Shown: positions 51,401 to 59,995, counted from the whole stretch's first letter. The stretch is DNA of 61,177 bases, filler included, from 3 parts of 3 records of this genome joined end to end with filler, not necessarily neighbours in it; one strand, 5' to 3'. Made by a program: numbers and translations. Notes: a model not told the origin generated them from the letters alone.

Positions 51401-52332
51401 CTGGTATTGTCCGCCCAATGATCGCCAACTGGTCCTTCCAGGTAGGGCTGTAATTTTGCGAATGCTGGGCTAACTTTATAAGTTGCTTCCCGCATTTCCC
51501 TCGTGACCGGCACCTGATCAAGGGTTGGGCCTACTTGCGGCCTGGTGAGTGCACCATAGGCAGCTTTGAAATTTTCATCACGGAATTCGACCGTTCCAAA
51601 CCACCCATAGTGCTGCCAATTCAGGGTGCTGATTACGATGATGGGCAAGGCCGCGGAGATTGCAAAAATAGCGGCACCTCCCAGTAAACTTCGCCAACGT
51701 TGAAGGATCTCATGACCCAATGATCCGCAGATGCCCACGAAGAGAAGTACCACGGCAGGCAACAACCACACGCTTTCTTCACGGGTGAGCCAAAATCCGC
51801 CCAGGCTAAGTCCCGCCAGGATGGCGGGAATGCTTAGCCGCCGTATTGATTCCCGTCGACGCGTAAAAAGCATTACCAAACCCGCGATCGTAAGTAGTGC
51901 GAGCGGAGTGTAGATGTTTTGCCGCATCAGGCGCGTGAGATTCGCCGCATCGAAGCTGATGGGGTTTACGAGCAACAAAAGATAGAACCCGCACTGAAAA
52001 CGGGCACGGTTTAGCCAAGGCTTAAGCGCCACGGTGAGGACAGCGCATGACCCAGCATAGAAGAATTGCTGGACGAAAATCAGAGGCAATCCCATCCAGA
52101 ATATCGCGGCGATGAAGAGGGAGAATAGTGGTCCCTTCGCTAGAGTAAATTGGTTGTATGGTCCCAGCCAGTCACCATTGATAATGTGCTCGGCAAGTTC
52201 GACGAATAGGCGGTCGTCATGAAAGGCGGGGCCGATGGCAAAAACCGTTTGGGCACTCGTAAGCCAGAGCTTAACGATGGTGGTAAGGATCGCAACCCAC
52301 AGCCACCCGTTCCCTATTTTTAGGCTGGGCAT
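48496..52332 (-). CDS. large polytopic membrane protein with two tandem GT-C-like modules and a C-terminal soluble domain
   Basis: N-module paralogous to 44250-47264 (HDD...GDWLGPYN..TLAKGP; TREE; HYGWFGT.EFR); second module DVPRYDQW...PHAEHI. Confidence 0.7.
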   Translation of the reverse strand: MPSLKIGNGWLWVAILTTIVKLWLTSAQTVFAIGPAFHDDRLFVELAEHIINGDWLGPYNQFTLAKGPLFSLFIAAIFWMGLPLIFVQQFFYAGSCAVLTVALKPWLNRARFQCGFYLLLLVNPISFDAANLTRLMRQNIYTPLALLTIAGLVMLFTRRRESIRRLSIPAILAGLSLGGFWLTREESVWLLPAVVLLFVGICGSLGHEILQRWRSLLGGAAIFAISAALPIIVISTLNWQHYGWFGTVEFRDENFKAAYGALTRPQVGPTLDQVPVTREMREATYKVSPAFAKLQPYLEGPVGDHWADNTRFATIDRQIRGGWFMWALRDAVVAAGVAPDARAAMHYYRQIANEVNQACDDGRLPSRPPRSGFLPILHSSLIRPIYDTTLDYTRYFYTFSGFTAYSPDSLGDYAELKIFRDYIGTPLSYAPRSPVEESAENRTWRLRKLKALDTVGLGFGRLFSWLGPLILIIGLTRVLESIADRRLSFCLGLALSLLSACAAYLVINILVQVTSFYNQSTAALASAYPLYLTALAAIVLDAWQAWRSPSLVRFTSQNGKPFSSLLSKLIIGGTAAVIFAARLGEIHNFASDVPRYDQWLVEGMQVVRPWLDGTLSFGDFFIPHAEHIPVWNRVFIWLQLLISGKWDPLVQMTVNAVLFTGFSMIVAGWILRYLKPVAALPIIAILILAGSIPHAWENIIWGYQSATPLALVCILLHLHGTCTQPPWSRPWWVAQAAAFVALFTIQGMWITPLVVVASYFWSGPRKIRDHLLPLSIGMLGLILGSLLKQAPLTTSLFQNPITYLHNWFHLLGWPSAIPGAVGIIMLPWLIHALRLRNRPEITAFDRIIFSLGLWKVGYSLILSSKLTNAGEGFVSHYGDLHFLGLLASAMALTRLIPNSARMRPTLLTLGVIWCGLVIGGLITNTLEGQSRHFHNHAASEAKIRRDAIQSVLQEHDRAPLDAPNARGLLYHDSDALIDLLESPNFSTVLPASVFPDNTPGLSERAVRALQSKWLWLLGSGLILTIIGMVLHSCHGPSSEVAEYLPDSKDRWRWRISASIGGLAILLLSVWSNPFAFNQEERWQQTIGGEAALTNFSFSVHGPTTYDSHRFQGAAPITPVVLRNKFFGTAPDGTGFTGTVISSVFKITSPWLVVPYAGYPIGNGNGLRIRILDQAGEATDTEIGCPGPNRTDIGYWQVDVSNYQGCNARVVLYDGRTDTEAWVAAAPPIPTENPTLDQQLQRQLKNEGHVRLHSTLGMIAFIATICASISWWGQRRSYS

Positions 52333-52357
52333 AGACAGATTGCTGATGGACGGAATC

Positions 52358-54721
52358 TCATTTGAATTCGATACCGCTCCAGCCTGTCCAGTCGAAGGCA
52401 AATTCGTTATAGGGACCGGCGCTTATCCGGAGGTAGACGACCCCGCGGCCTTGAGGGACTTTGGCGTGGAACTTCTGGAGGCCGCGATCGTTGACCATAT
52501 GTTTAGGATTGAGGAATCGTTCAAAGAGAACGACGGGCTCTTTGGCCTCATCGGACCAGACGACTGAGAAAACGGCACCATTGGTTTTCCCGCCGCCAGA
52601 GTAGGCACCCGCCACAAAACCAAAATACCCATTGATCTCACCAGCGCCTGATGGCACTTCGAAGACCATTTCACTGGGGGCGTGCATGATCATGACCCGG
52701 CGATTATCGATGACTTCTTCATTTGGTTTTTGAAATGCGCTGTAGGAAGATGGCGCGTCAACAAACATGTGAAACATGGCCTGATCGGCTTCTTTGAAAT
52801 AATTAGTGCCGGCATCCGAAGGAGGCATGGAAGAGAAGCTGACGATAATCTTCTTATTCAGACAGTCTAGGTTTTGCGGAGCAGTTTCGATCGCGATCGA
52901 TTTGACTATTCGTTTTGGGGTGCCGCCGGCCGCGCGCATGAAATCGAGTAGGTCGTTGATGACTGGATTGAGCATGAAGCCAGCCCTGCCGATAGTTTCC
53001 GGCAATCGGTGAACCGATTCCACACCGTCCTCATCAATAATGCGTAGGTTGACGAGTGGAGGCTTGAAGAAGAATCGTCTTAGTTTGCCGAGAATATTAT
53101 ATTCGTAGTCGATCTCCACCCAAACGAGCTGATCATTGAGGTCGGAAATGTCGATCTGCTCACGGGGCTGGACGATGGTCTTGCGGATGAATTTAGGTTC
53201 ATAGGTATCCGCATCAAAGGTGCCAACCTTGCGTTTCCAAATGGTGAAGCCCTGCTCCGTGAAAATGTATTTATAGCGTTGGATCAGCAACCGCAGGACA
53301 TGAGGGTCGTCCATCGTTGCCAAGCGCCCGTCAATAGTTTGTAATTTAAATAGCACGTATTCAGGTGCGTTTTCGCCGGAGTAATAGTCGTAATTGAGGC
53401 GTGAAAGGTATGGGGTGTAGGCAGAGTAACCCTGGAAGACCGGACGGGGCTCGTAGTTAAGGTCGTTGAAGATTGCGGCAGATTGCTCAAAGCCCAAGAC
53501 GTCTACTGATGCTGAGCCGACCTTGCTCTTTACTTTGAGCATTTCCACAAATGCCTTTTCCTGCTCGAGACGTGCCTCATAACCGATCCGGCTTTTCTCC
53601 AAGTTTAGGCCGAAGTGGATGTTGCGATCGATGTTTCCTTGGGCGGTGCCAAGCGCTCCCCGGACTAGCCCGGGCAGGACCGATTCCAAGCCGATCACTG
53701 CTATGATCCCCGCAGTGGTGAGGAGCGCACGTTTGGGAATGCGAAATCGCGGACCGTCTTCCAACATGGGAATCGAGGTTACGATTACTGTGAGAGCTGC
53801 GAAATAAAACCCGACCTGATGTCCATCGGCTCGGATGTAGCCATGTTTCCAATTGAGGTAGATGAAGGCACCAACTCCTGCGGTGAGGGCGAGTCCTCGA
53901 ATGCGATCAGGGTGACTAAGTAAATTCAGAAACGCATGAGTGATTATGAGTCCCAGAACGGTTAGCCCTAAATAGAGCTGGATGGGAGGGCAGGATATTC
54001 CCATTGTGTCTTGGTAACCTTGGCTAATCTGCCACGAGCTATAGAAATATTCGGGAAGGTTGCCTAATTGTTGTCCGCAGAGCATCCAGCCTGTCAAAAA
54101 CATGCCCAAATAGATCAAAGGCACTCGTAGGGCGGAAAGGAGTTTTCTGTTAATCCAGAATCCCAGCGCGCCTGCCAATACAATCAACACGAAACACAAT
54201 ACGATGTTAGTGAACTTGATAAGAGAGAGTAGTGTGAGCAGTGCAATCAGAGCACAAGAGCTCCAACGCCATGGTTGGTCACTTCGCTTGATGAGTTCCA
54301 GACCAATCAGGGCAATAATGATCTGATGGGCTGCATCCTGATAACCCAGTCCGAAAAGGATGAAAAACGTGAAGAAAAACAGACGATTATAGCCGTTTAG
54401 TTTGAATCCATACCAAAAAATGACCGTGGCGAATATGATAGCCAACCCAGCATGCCAAAGGATCAAATTAGTCCATTGGCCGCCCCAGTAGGTATTACCC
54501 ATGATATACCCCAATGGGCCATAGGTGAAAACAATATCGGTGCCAAATTGACGCCCCTCTAGGAAGAATTTACCCAGTCCCATGCGCCATGATGCGTCCA
54601 AACCTTGTCCCGGAAAATCTGGAACCTGGAATGCCGCAGCGACCAAAATGAGGAAGCCGAGCACACGGAACATCCAATCAATAGTGGATGGCTTTGTGGA
54701 GATAGCGCTATTCTGCTGCAT
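52358..54721 (-). CDS. polytopic membrane protein (GT-C-like) with a large soluble C-terminal region
   Basis: GLDASW...QFGTDIVFTYGPLG loop after TM1, about 11 hydrophobic segments, RPVFQGYSAYT, terminal beta domain. Confidence 0.7.
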   Translation of the reverse strand: MQQNSAISTKPSTIDWMFRVLGFLILVAAAFQVPDFPGQGLDASWRMGLGKFFLEGRQFGTDIVFTYGPLGYIMGNTYWGGQWTNLILWHAGLAIIFATVIFWYGFKLNGYNRLFFFTFFILFGLGYQDAAHQIIIALIGLELIKRSDQPWRWSSCALIALLTLLSLIKFTNIVLCFVLIVLAGALGFWINRKLLSALRVPLIYLGMFLTGWMLCGQQLGNLPEYFYSSWQISQGYQDTMGISCPPIQLYLGLTVLGLIITHAFLNLLSHPDRIRGLALTAGVGAFIYLNWKHGYIRADGHQVGFYFAALTVIVTSIPMLEDGPRFRIPKRALLTTAGIIAVIGLESVLPGLVRGALGTAQGNIDRNIHFGLNLEKSRIGYEARLEQEKAFVEMLKVKSKVGSASVDVLGFEQSAAIFNDLNYEPRPVFQGYSAYTPYLSRLNYDYYSGENAPEYVLFKLQTIDGRLATMDDPHVLRLLIQRYKYIFTEQGFTIWKRKVGTFDADTYEPKFIRKTIVQPREQIDISDLNDQLVWVEIDYEYNILGKLRRFFFKPPLVNLRIIDEDGVESVHRLPETIGRAGFMLNPVINDLLDFMRAAGGTPKRIVKSIAIETAPQNLDCLNKKIIVSFSSMPPSDAGTNYFKEADQAMFHMFVDAPSSYSAFQKPNEEVIDNRRVMIMHAPSEMVFEVPSGAGEINGYFGFVAGAYSGGGKTNGAVFSVVWSDEAKEPVVLFERFLNPKHMVNDRGLQKFHAKVPQGRGVVYLRISAGPYNEFAFDWTGWSGIEFK

Positions 54722-54842
54722 AAACGAAGATAGTTACGAAAATTACGACCTATTGGGTCTAGCTGTAAATTTTCTAAATATGAAAAGGTGGTTTATAATC
54801 TAATGGGAGTATGGCGATCTTAGGGAGTGAAGGTTGCAAAGT

Positions 54843-55310
54843 TCATTCAAATCGTGGCTCTGACCAAAATGTCCAATCTTTGGTTGTGTCGCCCATTGCG
54901 TCGGTTTCGAGGATAAGCTTGGCGTTGTCGGGATCCGCGCGCGGTTGGAGTTCAAGGGTGACTTCCTGGATGCCTCGATGCTGTGGGTAAAAGTTGGGCT
55001 CGAGACGGTGCTCGCGTAGTTGTGTGCGGTTTTCCCCATCATGCAGCCAGATGAAAAAGATGGCCCCATTGGTGGAGAGTTCGCCTTCGATTGCGTCATC
55101 CGGAAATCCAAATGAAAGCTGCACCGATGTTGCATCGGGCGGCACCTTGCTGATCATATAGCCTGGGGCATGAACGAGACGAAGATCATTGCCGTGAATC
55201 CTGCGGATGCTCGAACCTATCGGGGAGGCGATCTCAAGTTCAGGAGTGTCGTGGCGTAAAGGTGCTCGACGATGATAGATCGCGAAATGCGAATCGAATA
55301 ATAGCAGATT
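54843..55310 (-). CDS. 3' end of a truncated gene; C-terminal domain paralogous to that of 52358-54721
   Basis: Frame open to the contig end; VHAPGYMISKVPP...TNGAIF...RGIQ...DWTFWS versus MHAPSEMVFEVPS...TNGAVF...RGLQ...DWTGWS. Confidence 0.75.
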   Translation of the reverse strand, partial: NLLLFDSHFAIYHRRAPLRHDTPELEIASPIGSSIRRIHGNDLRLVHAPGYMISKVPPDATSVQLSFGFPDDAIEGELSTNGAIFFIWLHDGENRTQLREHRLEPNFYPQHRGIQEVTLELQPRADPDNAKLILETDAMGDTTKDWTFWSEPRFE

Positions 55311-55311
55311 T

Positions 55312-55411
55312 NNNNNNNNNNNNNNNNNNNNNNNNNNNNNNNNNNNNNNNNNNNNTTAATTAATTAANNNNNNNNNNNNNNNNNNNNNNNNNNNNNNNNN
55401 NNNNNNNNNNN
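55312..55411. other. artificial contig linker
   Basis: 44 N + TTAATTAATTAA + 44 N. Confidence 0.98.
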
Positions 55412-55412
55412 G

Positions 55413-56072
55413 CGCAACATCATCGCCAACCCGAACTGCTCAACGGCGCAGCTCGTCGTCGCGCTGAAGCCGCTGCATGATCTGGCCAAGATCAAGCGCG
55501 TCGTTGTCTCCACCTACCAGTCGGTTTCCGGTGCGGGCAAAGAGGGCATGGACGAGCTCTTCACCCAGACCCGTGCGATCTATGTGAACGATCCGGTGGA
55601 GAATACGCAGTTCACCAAGCAGATCGCCTTCAACGTGATCCCGCATATCGACAAGTTCATGGATGACGGGGCGACGAAGGAAGAGTGGAAGATGACCAGC
55701 GAGGTGAAAAAGATCCTCGATCCGGCCATCGAGCTTGTCGCCATGTGTGTTCGTGTGCCGGTCTTCATCGGTCATGCAGAATCGGTCTTCATCGAGACGG
55801 AAAATCCGCTCAGTGTGGAAGAAGCCCGTGCCGTGATGCAGGATTTCCCGGGTTTGGTCGTGGTCGATCACCGGGCGGACGAAGGCTATGTCACGCCGCA
55901 GGAATGTGCAGGTGAGGACGCGGTTTATGTCAGCCGGGTGCGCAAGGATCCGACGGTCAAGAACGGTCTGATCTTCTGGTGCGTCTCCGACAATCTGCGC
56001 AAGGGTGCTGCCCTCAATGCGGTGCAGATTGCCGAGACCCTGGTGAAGAACCACCTCGAAAAAGCTGCCTGA
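55413..56072 (+). CDS. asd: aspartate-semialdehyde dehydrogenase, 5' truncated
   Basis: IIANPNCST (catalytic Cys), STYQSVSGAG, CVRVPVFIGH, DNLRKGAALNAVQIAE. Confidence 0.96.
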   Translation, partial: RNIIANPNCSTAQLVVALKPLHDLAKIKRVVVSTYQSVSGAGKEGMDELFTQTRAIYVNDPVENTQFTKQIAFNVIPHIDKFMDDGATKEEWKMTSEVKKILDPAIELVAMCVRVPVFIGHAESVFIETENPLSVEEARAVMQDFPGLVVVDHRADEGYVTPQECAGEDAVYVSRVRKDPTVKNGLIFWCVSDNLRKGAALNAVQIAETLVKNHLEKAA

Positions 56073-56097
56073 TCCAGTCAGAGAATTTTTCATCGTG

Positions 56098-56129
56098 AAA
56101 CGGCCGGCGCTTTGTCGGCCGTTTTTTTA
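56098..56129 (+). terminator. rho-independent terminator of asd
   Basis: AAACGGCCG...CGGCCGTTT stem running into a T7 tract. Confidence 0.85.
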
Positions 56130-56190
56130 TGCGGAAATACTACTTATACGGTTGCGATTTTTCTTCTGATCCCGTATTTCATGAATGTGC

Positions 56191-56210
56191 TTGAGTAAAA
56201 AATTACTCAA
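56191..56210. promoter_or_regulatory. perfect palindrome TTGAGTAA-N4-TTACTCAA
   Basis: 8-bp arms in the AT-rich region upstream of the ECF sigma gene. Confidence 0.55.
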
Positions 56211-56242
56211 CCCATCGCATAAAGCACAGAGCACTCATCAAC

Positions 56243-56998
56243 GTGTCGGGGCTTCTCGTGGGGACTGGGGATCAGGAAAACGGCAATGGCCGATATGCCC
56301 GTGGGGCGGGCCTGTCAGGCGATATCTTTGCTGAAGGGACGGTGAGCACCGTCGATATGATGGTCTGTGCGGGCGGTGCCCTGCCATGTCCGGTCCGGGA
56401 GAGACCGGCTCAAACACCGCGTGACTATCGCAAATCGGGCGATCCGCTCGCTGTATCCTCTGCCTTGCCGCCGGAAGCCTTCTGGCACCTTTGGTCCAAG
56501 CATCAGAACCAGTTGCTTCGGCAATGCATGCGGATGATGTCCGGGAACATGGCGGATGCCGAAGATGCGCTTGGAAATGCAATGGTTCGTGCCTCGTCCC
56601 ACTTTGCCGAAGGCGGCGGAGACGCCATCGCCAACCAGCGTGCCTGGCTGTCCCGCCTGGTCCATAATGCCTGTATCGATTTCTATCGTGCCAGATCCCG
56701 TCAGAAACGCTGGACTGATGAAGTCATGGCCATGGCGGATGGTGGCGTTATGCCGTCCGTCCCGTCGCCTGAACCGACACCGGAGGAGGTCGCGGAGACG
56801 GGAGAGTCCCTGCGGTCGCTACAGCATGGTCTCGACGCGCTTCCCGAACTGCTGCGCGTGCCGCTTATGCTGAAATTTTTCGAGGGCCTCTCCTATGCGG
56901 AGATCGCGGAGCGGCTGAGCATTCAGAATTGCACGGTCAGGAAGCGTGTGCAGCTTGCCCGTGAGCGGTTGCGCCGTAACGGGGCGAGACTGACCTGA
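56243..56998 (+). CDS. ECF sigma-70 factor (start uncertain, possibly near 56357)
   Basis: DAEDAL, AWLSRLVHNACIDFYR region 2; LPELLR...EGLSYAEIAERL...TVRKRVQLAR region 4. Confidence 0.88.
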   Translation: MSGLLVGTGDQENGNGRYARGAGLSGDIFAEGTVSTVDMMVCAGGALPCPVRERPAQTPRDYRKSGDPLAVSSALPPEAFWHLWSKHQNQLLRQCMRMMSGNMADAEDALGNAMVRASSHFAEGGGDAIANQRAWLSRLVHNACIDFYRARSRQKRWTDEVMAMADGGVMPSVPSPEPTPEEVAETGESLRSLQHGLDALPELLRVPLMLKFFEGLSYAEIAERLSIQNCTVRKRVQLARERLRRNGARLT

Positions 56999-57013
56999 GG
57001 CGTTTGCCTGCTT

Positions 57014-57871
57014 TTATACTTTTCCCAAAGGCGCGGGCACTTCTTTCAAAGCTGCCGGACAAAGCCTCTTCAGGCTCTTGAGAATTGCCGGAAGGTCCAG
57101 TTCCATCCGGCCGGACCGGTCCGTTATCCGTGTGGCGGTCTCCAGCCCTCCGGCGGCGCGGGCGAAAGCGGATCTGACATCCCCGGTGCGCACCAGCCAT
57201 GCCGTGAGCAGGGCGGCGAACAGGTCGCCGGTGCCGTTGAACCCGCGATCGAGGCGCGGAGCCGTGGCTTCATAGCTGCTTTGTTCGAGCACGAGCATGT
57301 TCGACACCGTTCCCGGCCGCTCGATGCCGGTGATGGCGACGGCGGACAGTCTGGCGCCGGCAATCAGTGTCCGGGCGGCAGCCGTGATCGCACCGGTATC
57401 GGCGGAGACTTTGCTGCCGCAAAGCACTCCGAGCTCATAGAGGTTCGGCGTCACGATATCGGCGCGCGGCAGAAGTTCGCCGCAAATGGCTTCGGCAACG
57501 CCGTCACGGACAAACCGGCGGCCATTGTCCCCGATCACCGGATCGAGCACGAAGGGCAATGCCGGATTGACCGCGCGGGCCTTGTCGACGGCACCAGCCA
57601 CCACGCCGGCGGTTTCCGGCAGCCCAAGATAGCCGGAGAGTATGGCCGAGAGAGAGTCGGGGACGCCAAGTGCGGCCAGGCCATCGATATGGGCCTGCAC
57701 TTCGGCGGCCGGTCTGATCTCGCCACGGAAGTGCCCATGGCCCGGATGATTTGAAAACGAGACGGTGTCGAGCGGCCAGACTTCAAGACCCGCGGCCTGT
57801 ATGGCGGGCACGGCGATGCTGTTGCCGACATAGCCATAAGTGACCCGGGACTGGATCGATAAAATTGCCAT
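57014..57871 (-). CDS. pdxY: pyridoxal kinase
   Basis: ILSIQSRVTYGYVGN, SNHPGHG, SGYLG, DPVIGD, TPNLYE, GTGDLF; real start ATG 57871. Confidence 0.9.
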   Translation of the reverse strand: MAILSIQSRVTYGYVGNSIAVPAIQAAGLEVWPLDTVSFSNHPGHGHFRGEIRPAAEVQAHIDGLAALGVPDSLSAILSGYLGLPETAGVVAGAVDKARAVNPALPFVLDPVIGDNGRRFVRDGVAEAICGELLPRADIVTPNLYELGVLCGSKVSADTGAITAAARTLIAGARLSAVAITGIERPGTVSNMLVLEQSSYEATAPRLDRGFNGTGDLFAALLTAWLVRTGDVRSAFARAAGGLETATRITDRSGRMELDLPAILKSLKRLCPAALKEVPAPLGKV

Positions 57872-58015
57872 GCTGGCTCCCCTGCCTGCGCGGTCCGGTC
57901 TCCTTTGAGATGACGGCGCACGGGGGTTCCGGTCAAGTGACAAGTCGCTCTCTCTGTTTGGTTTTCCCCGTCTATCCACTAGAATGAGCCGAACGGGACA
58001 AACGGAGATCATGCA

Positions 58016-58918
58016 ATGACCGCTTCCATCAGACCGCGCCGCTCGGCGCTTTATATGCCGGGCTCGAACGCGCGTGCGCTGGAGAAGGCGCGGATGCTGG
58101 AGGCGGATGTCCTGATCATGGATCTTGAGGACGCCGTGTCGCCGGACAAGAAGGCGGAGGCCCGCACGACTATCGCGTCTGCCCTGAAGGAAGGCGGTTA
58201 CCGTGATCGGGAGATCGTCATCCGGGTTAATGCCGCGGACAGCGCATGGGGGCCGGAGGATCTCGCCTTTGTCGCCCAGTCCGGTGCGGACGCCGTACTG
58301 CTGCCAAAGGTCGAGCATGCCGATCAGGTCTGGTTCGCCGAAGAGGCGCTGGCCATGGCCGGTGCGCCGTCCAGTCTCTCGATCTGGTGCATGATGGAAA
58401 CCCCGCTGGGCATGCTGCATGCCGAGGAAATCGCCGGGGCCAGCCCGAGCCTCGGATGCCTGGTGCTCGGGACATCCGATCTTGCCAAGGATCTCCATGC
58501 TCTGCACACACGAGACCGGCTGCCCTTCGTGACCAGTCTCGGGCTCTGCATCCTGGCTGCACGGGCCTATGGTCTGGCGGTGCTGGATGGTGTTCATCTC
58601 GATCTCGATGACACCAAGGGGTTCGAGGAGGTGTGCCGCCAGGGCCTGCAGCTCGGATTTGACGGCAAAACCCTGATCCATCCGAAAACCCTGGAGCCGG
58701 CGAACCGGATCTTTGCGCCGAGTGGTGAGGAGATCGCCTGGTCACGCAAGATCATCGATGCGCATCAGCAGGCGGACGCGGCCGGCAGCGGGGTCACGCT
58801 TGTTGACGGCAAGCTGGTGGAGTCCCTGCATGTCGAGAATGCCCGCCGCATTCTGGCGCTGGCCGAGATGATCGAATATCGCGAGTCCAGCAATGAAAGC
58901 GACGGGTCGAACGCTTGA
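58016..58918 (+). CDS. CitE/Mcl-family CoA-ester lyase or malyl-CoA thioesterase
   Basis: RPRRSALYMPGSN, DLEDAV, VRVN, LPKV, METP, GTSDL, GFDGKTLIHP. Confidence 0.9.
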   Translation: MTASIRPRRSALYMPGSNARALEKARMLEADVLIMDLEDAVSPDKKAEARTTIASALKEGGYRDREIVIRVNAADSAWGPEDLAFVAQSGADAVLLPKVEHADQVWFAEEALAMAGAPSSLSIWCMMETPLGMLHAEEIAGASPSLGCLVLGTSDLAKDLHALHTRDRLPFVTSLGLCILAARAYGLAVLDGVHLDLDDTKGFEEVCRQGLQLGFDGKTLIHPKTLEPANRIFAPSGEEIAWSRKIIDAHQQADAAGSGVTLVDGKLVESLHVENARRILALAEMIEYRESSNESDGSNA

Positions 58919-58921
58919 CGC

Positions 58922-59464
58922 CTAACGGCAGAAGCTGATTGAGCCTTCGGCGCAGACTCTCTTGCCGTCTGTCCAGATCGCGCCGGAAAGATCGGCCCGG
59001 AAGAAATCCGCATCGCGGAGTCGGGCGCCGGTCAGGTTCGCCCCGCGCAGGGTCGCGGTCTGGAACCGGACCTTGATCAGATTGGCGCCGGTGAAATCCG
59101 TGTCCGTCAGATCGGCCTGACTGAAATCCGCATCACGGAGCTGTGCGCCCCGGAAGGACGCACCCTTCATCTTGGCCCGGCCGAAACGGACGCGGCCTCG
59201 GCTTTCGTCAAGCGTGGCGCCGGTCAGATTGGCCCAGTTGAAGCTGGCGTCGTTCAGGTTGGCTCCGGTCAGATCAACACCGGCCAGCGGGTAATTGTCG
59301 AAATTGCAGCGCCGCCAGTCGACGCCGGGTCCCGGCGGATCGGCGCAGGCGGCCTGGCCCGCTGACGAAAAAAGCGTCAGCGCGGCAAGAAAAGCGGCTG
59401 CCCCGATGAAGTGCAGGTATCTGGATCGGGTCGTTTGAAACACGGATCGTTGCATCCCGGACAT
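58922..59464 (-). CDS. exported pentapeptide-repeat protein
   Basis: Signal peptide; A(D/N)LTG-type 5-residue repeats; Cys pairs at both ends. Confidence 0.85.
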   Translation of the reverse strand: MSGMQRSVFQTTRSRYLHFIGAAAFLAALTLFSSAGQAACADPPGPGVDWRRCNFDNYPLAGVDLTGANLNDASFNWANLTGATLDESRGRVRFGRAKMKGASFRGAQLRDADFSQADLTDTDFTGANLIKVRFQTATLRGANLTGARLRDADFFRADLSGAIWTDGKRVCAEGSISFCR

Positions 59465-59749
59465 TTCGTCTAATGGTGCGGCCGCACCGTACCAGATGAG
59501 CAGGGTAATGCCAGCCGACAGATCGTCGCGATTTCACAGAATGCGGATAAGTCCCCGGAAGACGAGCGGGCCGCACGTCAAAAGACATGCGGCCCGTCGG
59601 ACATGGAAGGCAGGCACCGACACTACCAATGCGACTGTCTTGGCACGGACTCCGCCGGTATATTTGGTGGCGCCCGACCCCGCCCAAATCCTGAAAAACA
59701 GGATTGAGCAAGAGCAATGCTTCCATATCTTGAGTAAAAGCATCGCCTT

Positions 59750-59995
59750 TTTTTGAGACTAGATCAATAAAAATATGAGCAAGCTGTCATGCCGCAGTGA
59801 TATTTATAGTGTATGAAGCGCGTTTCCAATTAACTCACAATTATTCGTTAAAAGAAGAAAAAGATATGCACAGTTCGAATGCATAATATTATATTGAAAT
59901 ATAATGAATTTATGGATCTTCAATAATTACTGCACAAGCTATCCACAAGTAAGTCAAAATTTTATCCACAGGGTCGTTCAGGGCGCTGTGCATAA
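59750..59995. promoter_or_regulatory. AT-rich tract followed by clustered DnaA boxes
   Basis: TTATCCACA 59962-59970 (perfect); CTATCCACA 59939-59947 and TGTGCATAA 59987-59995 (1 mismatch each); ATATGCACA 59864-59872 (2 mismatches). Confidence 0.55.

Noticed and set aside
57014-58681. 555-aa ORF suggesting an N-terminally fused pyridoxal kinase
   Set aside because: The first 270 codons are mostly the antisense shadow of the CoA-ester lyase gene; PdxY motifs begin at ATG 57871
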